Origin: an uncultured Helcococcus sp.
GTDB taxonomy: Bacteria; Bacillota; Clostridia; Tissierellales; Peptoniphilaceae
Direction: 5' to 3'
NCBI GenBank assembly: GCA_937926545.1
Contig: CALAZW010000067.1
Location: 1,062-65,061, forward strand
Length of the DNA: 64,000 bases
Shown here one piece after another: positions 41,776 through 53,807 of this stretch. A program made the translations under genes and the position numbers. The notes below the pieces were generated by a model. The model saw only the letters and a list, made by a program, of their open reading frames with translations. It had not been told where the DNA came from and did no database searches. Position 1 is the stretch's first letter; every line of letters starts with the position of its first letter.

Positions 41776-42909
41776 TTAAATAATATCTACAAAGAAGGTA
41801 TTACTCACATCTATTCCATAGTCAGTAAAGCTTAAACGACCATTTTCTATCTTGATAGTCCTGTAGGCCAGGTGCCTATCTAGCACATCCTTATATTTCC
41901 CATAAAAGTCTATTTTGAATCTTTTTTCCAACTGATCAATGGAAAAGCCCTCTGTTTTTCTCATGTTCATGATGATATATTCCTTCTCCCTTTCTTCCAG
42001 GCTCAAATCTTCTACCAGGGCCAAGGGTTTCTTTCCCAGGGCCAGATCAGCATGATAGTCCTTTAGCTTTCTATGGTTGGAAAATCTTTTTAGTCCCAGG
42101 TTGGATGAAGAGCCCAAGCCCAGGCCCAAATAGTCCTTTAGCTCCCAGTACTTTTTATTGTGAACAGATTCATAGCCTTTCTTGGCAAAATTTGAAATCT
42201 CATACCTATCAAAGCCATTGATGGCCAGGAAAAATACTGCTTCATGATACATCTGCCTTTCCAAGTCATCATCGAAAAGTGAGATCTTGCCAGAGTTTAG
42301 CCAGTGATCAAACATGGTCTTTTCCTCCAAGATCAAGGAGTAGTAGGATATGTGATTAATATCAAGGCCTATAATCTTTTCCAAATCTTCTCTTAGGACA
42401 GCCATATCCTGCTTGGGATTGGCCATCATCATATCTATACTAATGTTTTTGGCCCCATTCTTTCTTAAAAGTTCTATGTCCTTCTTAACTATTTCATAGG
42501 AATGTCTCCTGCCCAGGATTTTTAAGATTTCCTGATCAAAGGTTTGAACTCCCAGGGAAAACCTATTAATCCCTGCCTCCAAATAGGTCCTTACCTTCTT
42601 GTCAGTAAGGGTATCTGGATTCATTTCTATACTGATTTCAGCTCCTTCTTCCAGCTGGAAGTTTTCTTTTATGGCCTTCATTATCCTTCTAATATGGTCG
42701 GCCTTAATATAGGAAGGGGTTCCTCCCCCTATAAATATACTGTCCAAGCTATAGTCCTCTCCTTCATAAAGACTGATTTCCTTTAAAAGGGAATCTATAT
42801 AATCATCTATCATAAAATCCACATTGGAATAGGTTAAAAAGTCACAGTAGTTACACTTGTAGGGACAAAAGGGTATATGGACATATAGGCCTATACTTTC
42901 ATTTTTCAT
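41776..42909 (-). CDS. hemW: Radical SAM heme chaperone HemW (HemN-like)
   Basis: CPYKCNYC motif. 377 aa. The position after lepA matches B. subtilis. Confidence 0.88.
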   Translation of the reverse strand: MKNESIGLYVHIPFCPYKCNYCDFLTYSNVDFMIDDYIDSLLKEISLYEGEDYSLDSIFIGGGTPSYIKADHIRRIMKAIKENFQLEEGAEISIEMNPDTLTDKKVRTYLEAGINRFSLGVQTFDQEILKILGRRHSYEIVKKDIELLRKNGAKNISIDMMMANPKQDMAVLREDLEKIIGLDINHISYYSLILEEKTMFDHWLNSGKISLFDDDLERQMYHEAVFFLAINGFDRYEISNFAKKGYESVHNKKYWELKDYLGLGLGSSSNLGLKRFSNHRKLKDYHADLALGKKPLALVEDLSLEEREKEYIIMNMRKTEGFSIDQLEKRFKIDFYGKYKDVLDRHLAYRTIKIENGRLSFTDYGIDVSNTFFVDII

Positions 42910-42959
42910 AATTTCTCCTTTAAAAAAACTGTTTAATAAATTAAACAGTTTAGTCTTTT

Positions 42960-44264
42960 CTAATTTTCTTTTATCTTCTTTAATACATCCTTGATAATAG
43001 CCTCTTCCTTGTCAATATATAGGTCAATGTCATCCTTGGCCTTAATATCGTCCCAAAGGTCTTCTCTAAGATATTTAATCTTATACATCTTATTATAAAG
43101 CAGCCTAAAATCATCATCATTTTTTATGGCCAACCTATAAAAATCATCATCTACTGCTGAGTTGGTCAGTAGGGATAGTTCATAGGTAAAGATATATTTT
43201 TCATTTATGGACTTAATCTCCCATAGGTCATCCAGGTCCATATCCTCTAGATCGCCTATATTTTCTTCCACATAGGTCCTAAGTTCAGCTAACTTCTCAT
43301 CTAAGACTTCTTGAAACTCCCTACAGGTGAAGGCTTCTTCCCTGTCATCATTGTTGATAGATCTTAGGGTGTTTTTCAGGATACTATTGAAAAGCTTACG
43401 GCCATCATAGGATACAAAATACTTTTTAAGTATATGTTCTTCCCTATATTTTATCTTTACAACTTCATCATAGATTTGATTTTCTCCCATGCCCAAGGCT
43501 TCTAGGGATATGACAAGTAGATCCAACATTCTCACATTGGTTAACTGGTCATTTATTATCTCTATTCTCTCCTTGATCTTTCTAAAGTACTTTTGATTTA
43601 AGCAGGGTTCCAAAATATCTATAAGATTGATGAACCTTCTATTTTCACTTCTAAGCTTATAAATATTTGAAGTATTGGTTATATCATCAATAACCCTATA
43701 CCTGTTATTGATAAGTTCCTGGTAGTTGGATAAAAGCAACATGGCAAACCATCTGTCCATGCTCTCATCTGAACACTTGTCAAACTTGGCCACTTCTATG
43801 GAGTGGTTTTCCTTCCACACTCCTAAAAGATGGGCATAGCCCTCTTCCTTGTCCAAGGTTATATAGGCTGACTCCATGGGCCTTAATTTAATCTCAGCCC
43901 CGGTCAACTTCTCAATCCACTGTCCAATAGTCGGCTCCTGGTCGACTATTAGGACAACTTCTTCTGATGTATTATGGATTTGCCTAAGAAACTTCTCATA
44001 ATTTCCCTCATTGAGGAAGTTATAGCTTTTTTCTCCAGCCACATTTATATTTTCTTTTAAATACTTGACATTTTTTCTAGCCTTATCAGTTCCTGATGAC
44101 CAAATTACAATATCTTGTACCCTATCCAACATTAGGGATAGGTCGTAGATCTGTCTACTTTTCTTTTGAGCATTTAAGTCTAGGGAATTGTATAAATTAT
44201 CCTCAATTTCCTTTTCGTCTTCTATTGAATCTAAGTCACCGTACCTGTAAAAAACTATATCCAT
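42960..44264 (-). CDS. Hypothetical 434-aa cytoplasmic protein: possible degenerate SixA-like N-terminal domain plus CHAD-like helical C-terminal domain
   Basis: Intact ORF with codon usage like its neighbours and tight spacing to lepA (9 nt). I recognise no confident family; see the findings. Confidence 0.6.
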   Translation of the reverse strand: MDIVFYRYGDLDSIEDEKEIEDNLYNSLDLNAQKKSRQIYDLSLMLDRVQDIVIWSSGTDKARKNVKYLKENINVAGEKSYNFLNEGNYEKFLRQIHNTSEEVVLIVDQEPTIGQWIEKLTGAEIKLRPMESAYITLDKEEGYAHLLGVWKENHSIEVAKFDKCSDESMDRWFAMLLLSNYQELINNRYRVIDDITNTSNIYKLRSENRRFINLIDILEPCLNQKYFRKIKERIEIINDQLTNVRMLDLLVISLEALGMGENQIYDEVVKIKYREEHILKKYFVSYDGRKLFNSILKNTLRSINNDDREEAFTCREFQEVLDEKLAELRTYVEENIGDLEDMDLDDLWEIKSINEKYIFTYELSLLTNSAVDDDFYRLAIKNDDDFRLLYNKMYKIKYLREDLWDDIKAKDDIDLYIDKEEAIIKDVLKKIKEN

Positions 44265-44273
44265 AATTACCTC

Positions 44274-46085
44274 TTAATTCTCTTCGTCATATTTTAACAC
44301 TGATAAGAAGGCCTCTTGAGGAACCTGAACTGTTCCTATAGATCTCATTCTCTTCTTTCCTTCTTTTTGTTTTTCTAATAATTTTTTCTTTCTGGAAATG
44401 TCCCCACCATAACACTTGGCTAGAACGTCCTTTCTCAAGGCCCTAACACTTTCCCTGGCAATTACCTTGGAACCTATGGTGGCCTGAACTGGAATCATAA
44501 ACTGATGTCTTGGTATTTCATCCTTTAACTTGTTGGCAATCTTTCTGCCCCTATCATAGGCCTTGTCCCTATGAACTATGGTTGATAGGGCATCTACCAA
44601 CTCTCCATTTAAGAGGATGTCTAATCTTACCAAGTCAGATTTTTGATAGCCCTTGTATTCATAGTCAAAAGAAGCATAGCCTCTAGTCTTTGACTTTAGA
44701 GCATCAAAAAAGTCATAGATTACTTCGTTAAGAGGTAGGATGTATTTGATGGTAACCCTATTCTTATCCAGGTAAACCATGTTTTCATAAATTCCCCTTC
44801 TCTCCTGGCATAACTCCATGATAGGTCCTATATAGTCCTTAGGAGTCATAATTGAAGCTTCTACTATAGGTTCTTCTATATATTCTATAGTGGTTTCTTC
44901 TGGGAAATCTGTTGGGTTTTGGATTTGTAGTTCACTGCCATCCTTAAGCTTAACCCTGTAGATTACAGAAGGTGCAGTTGCTATAATATCCAGGTTAAAT
45001 TCCCTGTCCAATCTTTCTTGGATGATTTCCATGTGTAAAAGTCCTAAGAAACCACATCTAAATCCAAAGCCTAGGGCAACTGATGATTCTGGTTCAAAAA
45101 CTAGAGAAGCATCATTTACCTGAAGTTTTTCCAAGGCCTCCCTAATACTGTTGTAGGATTCACCTTCAGCAGGATAAAGACCTGAGTAAACCATAGGAAC
45201 AACCTTTTTATAGCCTTCCAAGGCCTCTTCAGCAGGGTCTTCATTGTCAGTTATAGTATCACCAACTCTCGCTTCCTTGATATTTTTAATGGAGGCTACC
45301 ACATAGCCAACATCTCCAGCACTTATTTGGTCTGTTGGAGTCTTGGTCCTAACCGAGTAACCAACTTCATTTACTTCAAAAACAGAGCCTGTAGACATCA
45401 TCTTTATTTCCATGCCTGGCTTAATGGCTCCATCCATAACCCTCACCAACATGACAACCCCTGTATAGGAATCGTAGTAGGAGTCAAAGATCATGGCCTT
45501 TAATTTGCCATTTTCATCGCCTTCTGGCGCTGGTATTTCCTTTACTATGGCCTCTAAAACATCTTCTATGTTCAAGCCTTCCTTGGCTGAAATACAAGGT
45601 GTATTTTCAGTGTCAAAGGCTAATATTTCTTCTATTTCTTCCTTTACTTCATCAATTCTAGCTGATGGTAAATCAATCTTGTTAATAACTGGAACTATCT
45701 CTAGGCTTTGGTCCATAGCCAAGTATGTATTAGCTAGGGTTTGGGCTTCTACTCCCTGGGTAGCATCCACTATAAGTAAGGCTCCCTCACAGGCTGCAAG
45801 AGATCTGGATACCTCGTAGTTAAAGTCCACATGACCTGGTGTGTCTATTAGGTTTAGCATGTATCTTTCCCCATCCTTGGCATCGTAAAAAATCTTTATA
45901 GCCTTTAATTTAATAGTAATTCCTCTTTCCTTTTCCAATTCCATGGAATCCAGTAGTCTATCTTCCATTTCCCTTTTGGTTAAACTACCTGTCTTTTCAA
46001 TAAGCCTATCTGCCAAGGTTGACTTTCCATGGTCAATATGGGCAATTATGGAAAAATTCCTAATATTCTCTTTCTTTATTTTCAT
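44274..46085 (-). CDS. lepA: Elongation factor 4 (LepA)
   Basis: The protein reads [20 protein letters not shown], with DTPGHVDF. The start could be 46085 (after GGAGG) or 46100 (ATGA overlap with the lepB stop). Confidence 0.95.
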   Translation of the reverse strand: MKIKKENIRNFSIIAHIDHGKSTLADRLIEKTGSLTKREMEDRLLDSMELEKERGITIKLKAIKIFYDAKDGERYMLNLIDTPGHVDFNYEVSRSLAACEGALLIVDATQGVEAQTLANTYLAMDQSLEIVPVINKIDLPSARIDEVKEEIEEILAFDTENTPCISAKEGLNIEDVLEAIVKEIPAPEGDENGKLKAMIFDSYYDSYTGVVMLVRVMDGAIKPGMEIKMMSTGSVFEVNEVGYSVRTKTPTDQISAGDVGYVVASIKNIKEARVGDTITDNEDPAEEALEGYKKVVPMVYSGLYPAEGESYNSIREALEKLQVNDASLVFEPESSVALGFGFRCGFLGLLHMEIIQERLDREFNLDIIATAPSVIYRVKLKDGSELQIQNPTDFPEETTIEYIEEPIVEASIMTPKDYIGPIMELCQERRGIYENMVYLDKNRVTIKYILPLNEVIYDFFDALKSKTRGYASFDYEYKGYQKSDLVRLDILLNGELVDALSTIVHRDKAYDRGRKIANKLKDEIPRHQFMIPVQATIGSKVIARESVRALRKDVLAKCYGGDISRKKKLLEKQKEGKKRMRSIGTVQVPQEAFLSVLKYDEEN

Positions 46086-46096
46086 TGATCCTCCAT

Positions 46097-46651
46097 TCAT
46101 TTTGAAAAAATACTCTTTCTAAGAACTCGCCCCCTGACCTGGTCCACATCTATTGTTCCATAAAACCTGGAATCTATAGATCCAAAACTCTCCCTATTAT
46201 CACCCAGCACAAAAAGGTGGTTCTTGTCAATATACCACTTGTTTTGATTGTAGGTATGGGTAAAGTCCTCGTCCAAGTAGTCTTCTTCCAGGACCTGACC
46301 ATTGACATAAACCCTTCCGTCATAGATTTCTACGACTTCACCTGGTTTGGCGATTATTCTCTTTATATAGTATTCTTCATCCCTTCCCTTAAAAATAATT
46401 ATATCCCTATGTCTTAAATCTTCTGCATCTAGCCTAAGCTTGCTAATCAAGACCCTGTCTCCATCTCCATAGAGGGGTTGCATGGACTGACCGCTTACAG
46501 TTAGGATGCTAAAAAATAAATTATTTACAATTAAAAATAGAATTAAGCCTGAAAAGACTACTATAGCACAATTTAAGATAAATTTATTAAAACGTGCTAG
46601 TTTTTTTTGCCTTCTCATTTGTCTCTTTAATTCTATTCTATCATCAATCAT
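46097..46651 (-). CDS. lepB: Signal peptidase I (paralogue 1)
   Basis: SGQSMQPL (Ser), KRIIAKPG (Lys) and [13 protein letters not shown] boxes. Confidence 0.9.
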   Translation of the reverse strand: MIDDRIELKRQMRRQKKLARFNKFILNCAIVVFSGLILFLIVNNLFFSILTVSGQSMQPLYGDGDRVLISKLRLDAEDLRHRDIIIFKGRDEEYYIKRIIAKPGEVVEIYDGRVYVNGQVLEEDYLDEDFTHTYNQNKWYIDKNHLFVLGDNRESFGSIDSRFYGTIDVDQVRGRVLRKSIFSK

Positions 46652-46656
46652 TTTAT

Positions 46657-47205
46657 TTAATAAAGTCCTCCAAAGGCCTGACCAAATGGATAAAACCTAA
46701 ATACTGCCTTGCCGATTATCCTATCCACCTTGACTGGTCCAAAATCTCTTGAATCCTTGCTCTTACCTGGCAACCTATTGTCGCCCATTAAAAAGTACTC
46801 ATCTGCGTCCAACTTCCATTCAAATCCCACAATATTTTCAGTGTAATCAGTATTTATATAATCTTCTTCAAATAATTCTCCGTTTATATATACCCCGCCA
46901 TCAATAACTTGAACAACTTCTCCGGGCATACCCACTATTCTTTTTACATAGTCATCATGTTCATCATACTTCATTATAACTATATCACCTCTTTTGAGTT
47001 CCTTAAACTTTAGGCTGATCTTGCTGACTATCAACCTGTCATTGTCATGAAGGGTTTCCTCCATGGAACTTCCTGATACCTTGGTGGGTTCAAAAACATA
47101 ATTCTTTATTAAAAGGGATAAAATCACGGCAAAGATAAAAGCCTTTACCCAATCCATGGCCCCCATTTCAATCTCATCTTTTTTTGTATTTTTATTTTCT
47201 TCCAT
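46657..47205 (-). CDS. lepB: Signal peptidase I (paralogue 2)
   Basis: SGSSMEETL, KRIVGMPG and GDNRLPGKSKDSR boxes. Confidence 0.9.
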   Translation of the reverse strand: MEENKNTKKDEIEMGAMDWVKAFIFAVILSLLIKNYVFEPTKVSGSSMEETLHDNDRLIVSKISLKFKELKRGDIVIMKYDEHDDYVKRIVGMPGEVVQVIDGGVYINGELFEEDYINTDYTENIVGFEWKLDADEYFLMGDNRLPGKSKDSRDFGPVKVDRIIGKAVFRFYPFGQAFGGLY

Positions 47206-47352
47206 CTCAAACTCCTATACTTATTATCTGTACTATTATATCATAATTAATTTTATTAATAAATGATTATCAAGTCTTGATTTTATGACTTAAAGATGAT
47301 ACAATTACTGTTGTTATTAATTCAATTAGACAATACTTGAGGAGGTGAAGAT

Positions 47353-47622
47353 ATGGCAAATATAAAATCTGCTATTAAGAGAATTGATGTTACTGAAAGA
47401 CAAACTCTAAACAATAAGAGCAAAAAGAGCGAAATTAAAACTCTAATTAAGAAATTTGATTTAGCTTTAGAAGGAAACAATGTAGAAGAAGCTAAAGAAA
47501 CCTTAAAATTAATTGACAAGAAATTAAAAAGAGCATCACTTGCAAATGTAATACATCCAAATGCTGCCTCAAGAAAAATTAGTCAATTACAAAAAAGATT
47601 AAACGAAGCAGAAGCTGCATAA
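47353..47622 (+). CDS. rpsT: 30S ribosomal protein S20
   Basis: The protein starts MANIKSAIKRIDVTERQ. TTGATT-17 nt-TACAAT lies upstream. Confidence 0.95.
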   Translation: MANIKSAIKRIDVTERQTLNNKSKKSEIKTLIKKFDLALEGNNVEEAKETLKLIDKKLKRASLANVIHPNAASRKISQLQKRLNEAEAA

Positions 47623-47660
47623 TAAAAAAAACTTCAATTTTCATTGAAGTTTTTATTTTT
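47623..47660. terminator. Bidirectional terminator between rpsT and the convergent membrane-protein gene
   Basis: A8-ACTTCAAT-TTTC-ATTGAAGT-T4AT7. Confidence 0.8.
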
Positions 47661-47665
47661 TTAAA

Positions 47666-48112
47666 CTATTTTATTTCCAACTTTTCTTTTCCCAACTTTT
47701 CTTCCAAAAGACTCACTAATTCATCTTCATCTTCCAGCTTAAAATATAGCCTTTGGTCCAAATAGTCTCCTATGATGGTAAGCCTTAAATACTTGGTTCT
47801 TTCTATTCTTACCTTGTCTATGGTCTCCCACTTAAAAAGTCTTTGATATCTATAGTTAACAAGTAGGCCATCTTCCTTTACTCCTTCAGCCATCTGCATT
47901 AAAAGCAAGTCTATAAAACCTAAAACAGCCGTCAAGTAATGATACCAGGCCTGGCCATAATAAAAGCCTATAAATAAAAAGATTAGACCGGCCAAAAGGA
48001 TAGTAACTTTTTCCCCACTGGTTATGGTAGCCTTCATCTTTAGCTGGCTTAAATGTCTTATTGGTCCCAGGGCCAGTATCACAAATATTATTGGTACTAA
48101 ATAATTTTTCAT
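47666..48112 (-). CDS. Hypothetical membrane protein (three TM helices plus a small soluble C-terminal domain)
   Basis: Hydrophobic N-terminal 90 aa, then a charged beta-rich tail. It ends 9 nt upstream... it lies 9 nt downstream of holA. Confidence 0.5.
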   Translation of the reverse strand: MKNYLVPIIFVILALGPIRHLSQLKMKATITSGEKVTILLAGLIFLFIGFYYGQAWYHYLTAVLGFIDLLLMQMAEGVKEDGLLVNYRYQRLFKWETIDKVRIERTKYLRLTIIGDYLDQRLYFKLEDEDELVSLLEEKLGKEKLEIK

Positions 48113-48120
48113 CTTTTCTC

Positions 48121-49149
48121 CTAACTGGCCATTCTAACTATAAGTAATTCAAGTAGAAGGTCCATATCTCCACTGGATGTTTTTATCTTTTTTTCCATGT
48201 CATAGCATCTGGCATGCAGGTCTTCCAACTGGCTAAACTTAAATCTTTTAGTGTGGCTGGTCAACTTATCATATTCAAAGCTGGACATGCCTATATATTT
48301 CATGGCCGTTTGCTTGGACAGCCTTCTTCTTTGGCTATCCCTTACCATAATCAGGTTTCTAATCTGCCTTAAAACCATATAGTAGATCCTAAAGGGATCG
48401 TAATTGGCCCTGAGCATGCCCCTATAAAGATAGATGGCCTGGCTGGCATTTTTTTCGCTTATGGCGTCCAAAAGGTGAAAGATATTCTCGTCATAGTTTT
48501 CCACCATGGTATAGTCTATTTCTTCCTTGGTCAAGGGTCTGGTTCCCAGATTATTTATTAGCTTCAAAAGCTCATTTTCCACATCGTAAAGGGTCTTTTT
48601 AGAATCCTTTTCCAAATAGGCTGTTTTTTGTCCTATAAAGTCAGCCACATTATTGTCCAACTTCATCTTGTTTTTAGCAAAGGCCTTTTTTATAAAGCCA
48701 GTCAACTGGCTTCTATTAAGTCTTTCCACCTCAACCAGGTCCCCATACTTAACCACCTGCTTGACAAACTTGCCCTTAAAGAGCTTTTCCCCCTTAAAGG
48801 CCATAATGAGTATGGTGGACGGGTTAAAGTCCTTAAAAAGCCCTTCTAGCTCATCTAGAAAGTCCTTATTCTTACTAAGCTTGTCCTTTTCCAGGCCCAT
48901 CCTGTCTATGATCACAATTTTTTTATCTGAAAACATGGGCAGGGTTTCTATGGCTGAAATAACGTCCCTATGGTCGCTTTTTTCAAAATCAAACTGGTTG
49001 AAATTAAAGTCTAAAAAACCATCATCCATTAAACTGGCCTTTAAACTATCTATTAAAAGATCGTAAAGATAGGGCTCATTGACCTGGATCAGGTTAATGT
49101 TTTTTATTGTCTTGTCATCTATTTTTTTTAAGAGATCTAAATAGTCCAT
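48121..49149 (-). CDS. holA: DNA polymerase III delta subunit
   Basis: 342 aa with a clamp-loader-like pattern. It is divergent from rpsT, as in B. subtilis. The call rests mainly on context and size. Confidence 0.7.
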   Translation of the reverse strand: MDYLDLLKKIDDKTIKNINLIQVNEPYLYDLLIDSLKASLMDDGFLDFNFNQFDFEKSDHRDVISAIETLPMFSDKKIVIIDRMGLEKDKLSKNKDFLDELEGLFKDFNPSTILIMAFKGEKLFKGKFVKQVVKYGDLVEVERLNRSQLTGFIKKAFAKNKMKLDNNVADFIGQKTAYLEKDSKKTLYDVENELLKLINNLGTRPLTKEEIDYTMVENYDENIFHLLDAISEKNASQAIYLYRGMLRANYDPFRIYYMVLRQIRNLIMVRDSQRRRLSKQTAMKYIGMSSFEYDKLTSHTKRFKFSQLEDLHARCYDMEKKIKTSSGDMDLLLELLIVRMAS

Positions 49150-49229
49150 TTTTTATCCTTTACTTGTTTCTAATATTCTAATATTGGGTAAGTATTACTT
49201 ATATTATATAGTAAATGGAGGTTTATTTC

Positions 49230-49571
49230 ATGGAAAATAAGAAGGAAAAAATTAATAAATTAAAAAAAGCAAATACTCTTCTATATGTTTTAGCCCTGCT
49301 TTTTGCCCTGCTATTCATACTTAGACAGGTATTTTTTATAGATCTTACAGGCTTTCTAAATTTCCACCCCAAGGGTTATGTACTTTTAACCGTTTTCTCA
49401 GGTGGACTTTTACTGGTATCAGCCTTTTTAGAATATAGGATAGCCAAATTAAAGGAAGAAAAATTAAATATGTCTTCCCTTATTTTAGATATTGTCCTAT
49501 CCCTTTTAATCATTTCATACGGGATCTATCAATTTAATCTACCCGTGGGCTACTGCCCTTTTAACCCATAA
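49230..49571 (+). CDS. Hypothetical small membrane protein (three TM helices)
   Basis: I chose the start MENKKEK, which follows GGAGG. There is a terminator downstream. Confidence 0.5.
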   Translation: MENKKEKINKLKKANTLLYVLALLFALLFILRQVFFIDLTGFLNFHPKGYVLLTVFSGGLLLVSAFLEYRIAKLKEEKLNMSSLILDIVLSLLIISYGIYQFNLPVGYCPFNP

Positions 49572-49598
49572 AAAAAACCTCCCTAGGGAGGTTCTTTT
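49571..49598. terminator. Bidirectional terminator (membrane-protein gene / atpC)
   Basis: A7-CCTCCC-TA-GGGAGG-TTCTTTT. Confidence 0.75.
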
Positions 49599-49989
49599 AT
49601 TTCTTAGATAAAGAAAGTCTATTCATGGCCTTCTTAAGGGCAATTTCTGCTCTTACAGTGTCCACTTCAGCTCCAGAGCTAAGTCTTTTCTCAGCTCTTT
49701 TTTTAGCTTCCAAGGCCCTGTTATAGTCGATTTCATCAACCCATTCACAGGCGTCAGACATGATGACAATCTTGTCGTCTCTCACGTCTAAATAGCCTCC
49801 TGCTATGGCTGCTTCTCTTTTTTTATCGGCTGTCTTTATCTGTAGTTTTCTAATGTCTAAAACTGTTACAAAGGGAGTGTGTCCCTTCATAATGGCAAAG
49901 TCTCCTTCAACGCCTCTGGCGATTAACATGTCAATCTCCCCGTCAAAAAATACCTTGTCTGGAGTAACTATTTTTAATTGTAAACTCAT
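49597..49989 (-). CDS. atpC: F1 ATP synthase epsilon subunit
   Basis: 130 aa, last gene of the atp operon. Confidence 0.9.
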   Translation of the reverse strand: MSLQLKIVTPDKVFFDGEIDMLIARGVEGDFAIMKGHTPFVTVLDIRKLQIKTADKKREAAIAGGYLDVRDDKIVIMSDACEWVDEIDYNRALEAKKRAEKRLSSGAEVDTVRAEIALKKAMNRLSLSKK

Positions 49990-49999
49990 AGTAGGACTC

Positions 50000-51400
<1,401 letters not shown>

Positions 51401-51418
51401 TTAAATCACTCCTTTGCT

Positions 51419-52279
51419 TTATTTAAGAGCTTCGGCTCCGCCGACTATTTCTGATATTTCCTGAGTGATAGATGCTTGTCTAGCCCTATTGTATAAAAGT
51501 TCTAACTCATCTAATAACTCTTCCCCATTGGATGTGGCATTTTCCATGGCAGTTCTTCTAGATGCTTGCTCACTGGCAGATGCTTCTAAAAGGCAACCAT
51601 AAATGGTCACATTGGTATATTGTCTAACCATTTGGGTTAGGACAACTGATGGTGAAGGTTCAAATTCTAATAAGGTGGTCTTGGCCTCTCCTGCATCTTC
51701 AAAACCTGTGGCAGGCAGAAGTTGTAGAACTTGTGGTTCCAGGTTCATAACCGAGTTAAACTTGGTATAAACTACCACAACCTCATCGATTTTTTTATCC
51801 TTGTATAGGTTGGCCAAGTGATCTCCAATCCTACTTGCATCTTCACTGGAAGGCTCTTCTCCTACTGATGTAAAATCTTCATTTAATCTACATCCAGTTT
51901 TTCTTAGGGCTTCAACCGCCCTAGTACCTGTTGTATAAATAATATTTTCTACATTGTCGTTTTTATTTATGATTTTTTCCGCCTCTTTAACCACATTTAT
52001 ATTGTAGCCACCAGCCAGGCCCCTATCACTGGCAAGGACTAGGATAGCCCTTTTCTTGATTTCTCTTTTTTCCAAAAGAGGAGAATTAACCCCCTTGGTA
52101 AGAGATAGGATTTCATTGATGTTTTCATATACAGTTTCATAATATGGTCTGGTCTTTTCCAGGCGTGTTCTTGCTTTTCTTAGTTTTGCGGATGAAACCA
52201 GCTCCATAGCATTGGTAATTTGCATAATGCTACCAACACTACCAATTCTTCTTTTTATATCTTTCATGTTTTGAGCCAT
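51419..52279 (-). CDS. atpG: F1 ATP synthase gamma subunit
   Basis: 286 aa with the C-terminal ITQEISEIVGGAEAL. Confidence 0.93.
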   Translation of the reverse strand: MAQNMKDIKRRIGSVGSIMQITNAMELVSSAKLRKARTRLEKTRPYYETVYENINEILSLTKGVNSPLLEKREIKKRAILVLASDRGLAGGYNINVVKEAEKIINKNDNVENIIYTTGTRAVEALRKTGCRLNEDFTSVGEEPSSEDASRIGDHLANLYKDKKIDEVVVVYTKFNSVMNLEPQVLQLLPATGFEDAGEAKTTLLEFEPSPSVVLTQMVRQYTNVTIYGCLLEASASEQASRRTAMENATSNGEELLDELELLYNRARQASITQEISEIVGGAEALK

Positions 52280-52297
52280 TTCAAAACCTCTTTTCTA

Positions 52298-53803
52298 TTA
52301 AGCAAATGTCTTTTTAAATTCATTGATTGAATTTACTAACATTTTTTCGTTTTCTTCAGTTAGGACCTTTTCTTCCTTGATTGACCTACCAACTTCAGGA
52401 TAATTATTTCTCATAAATTCCAAGTAGTTTAATTCAAAGTCCTTAATCTTTTCAACTTCCACATCCGCCAACATTCTCTTGGTTACAGCATATAAAATCA
52501 TAACTTGTTCTTCTACTGCCATAGGGTTGTACTGTCTTTGTTTCATTATTTCCATAATTCTTTCCCCATGGTTCAATCTTTCAGCCGTAGCCTTGTCTAG
52601 TTCAGAACCAAATTGAGAGAAGGATACCAATTCCCTATATTGGGCAAGCTCCAACTTAATACCGCCTGATACCTTTTTCATGGCAGGCATTTGAGCAGCT
52701 CCCCCAACCCTGGATACAGATAATCCTGAGTTTACAGCTGGTCTTTGTCCTGAGAAGAAAAGTTCACTTTCCAAGAAAATTTGTCCATCTGTAATTGAGA
52801 TTACATTGGTTGGTATATAGGCTGAAATATCTCCCGCCAAGGTTTCTATTATTGGCAGGGCTGTTATACTACCTCCGCCCAACTTATCGCTAAGTTTTGC
52901 AGCTCTTTCAAGTAGTCTTGAGTGTAGGTAGAAAACATCACCTGGATAGGCTTCCCTTCCTGGTGGTCTCCTAAGCAATAGGGACATGGATCTGTAGGCA
53001 ACCGCATGCTTACTCAAGTCATCATATACTACTAGGACGTCTTTTCCTTGGTACATGAACTCTTCAGCCATGGCAACGCCTGAATAAGGTGCTATATATT
53101 GTAAAGGTGCCAATTGGCTGGCTGTTTCAGAAACAACAATGGTATAGTCCATGGCTCCCTTCTTTTCTAGCACGTCAACAATTTGGGCAACTGTTGAAGC
53201 CTTTTGACCAATGGCCACATAAACGCATATAACGTCTTGGCCCTTTTGGTTGATAATAGTATCTATGGCAATGGCAGTCTTACCTGTTTGCCTATCCCCT
53301 ATGATAAGTTCCCTTTGGCCCTTACCTATAGGGATAATTGAATCTATTGCCTTAATTCCTGTTTGAAGGGGCTCGTTAACTGACTGTCTGTCAATAACTC
53401 CTGGTGCCTCAGCTTCTACAGGTCTAAATTTATCTGTGTTTATAGGTCCCTTACCATCTATTGGTTGACCTAAAGAGTTTACTACCCTACCTATCAAGGC
53501 ATCTCCAACTGGGACTTGGGCAATTTTCTTGGTTCTCTTTACCATGTCCCCTTCCTTTAGGTTGGTTTCGTCTCCCAATAATACAGCCCCTATATTGTCT
53601 GCTTCCAGGTTTAGGGCTATACCGTAAACTTCATTGGGAAATTCAAGTAATTCTCCCGCCATACAGTTTTCTAGACCATATACACGAGCGATACCGTCTC
53701 CGACTTCGATAATACTACCCACGTCAACAGCATCAATTTTATCGTCATATTTGTCTATCATTTGTTTAATGATAGAGCTTATTTCTTCTGGTTTTGAATT
53801 CAT
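52298..53803 (-). CDS. atpA: F1 ATP synthase alpha subunit
   Basis: GDRQTGKT Walker A. I trimmed the start to MNSKPEEIS, which follows GAGGTG. Confidence 0.97.
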   Translation of the reverse strand: MNSKPEEISSIIKQMIDKYDDKIDAVDVGSIIEVGDGIARVYGLENCMAGELLEFPNEVYGIALNLEADNIGAVLLGDETNLKEGDMVKRTKKIAQVPVGDALIGRVVNSLGQPIDGKGPINTDKFRPVEAEAPGVIDRQSVNEPLQTGIKAIDSIIPIGKGQRELIIGDRQTGKTAIAIDTIINQKGQDVICVYVAIGQKASTVAQIVDVLEKKGAMDYTIVVSETASQLAPLQYIAPYSGVAMAEEFMYQGKDVLVVYDDLSKHAVAYRSMSLLLRRPPGREAYPGDVFYLHSRLLERAAKLSDKLGGGSITALPIIETLAGDISAYIPTNVISITDGQIFLESELFFSGQRPAVNSGLSVSRVGGAAQMPAMKKVSGGIKLELAQYRELVSFSQFGSELDKATAERLNHGERIMEIMKQRQYNPMAVEEQVMILYAVTKRMLADVEVEKIKDFELNYLEFMRNNYPEVGRSIKEEKVLTEENEKMLVNSINEFKKTFA

Positions 53804-53807
53804 AAAC

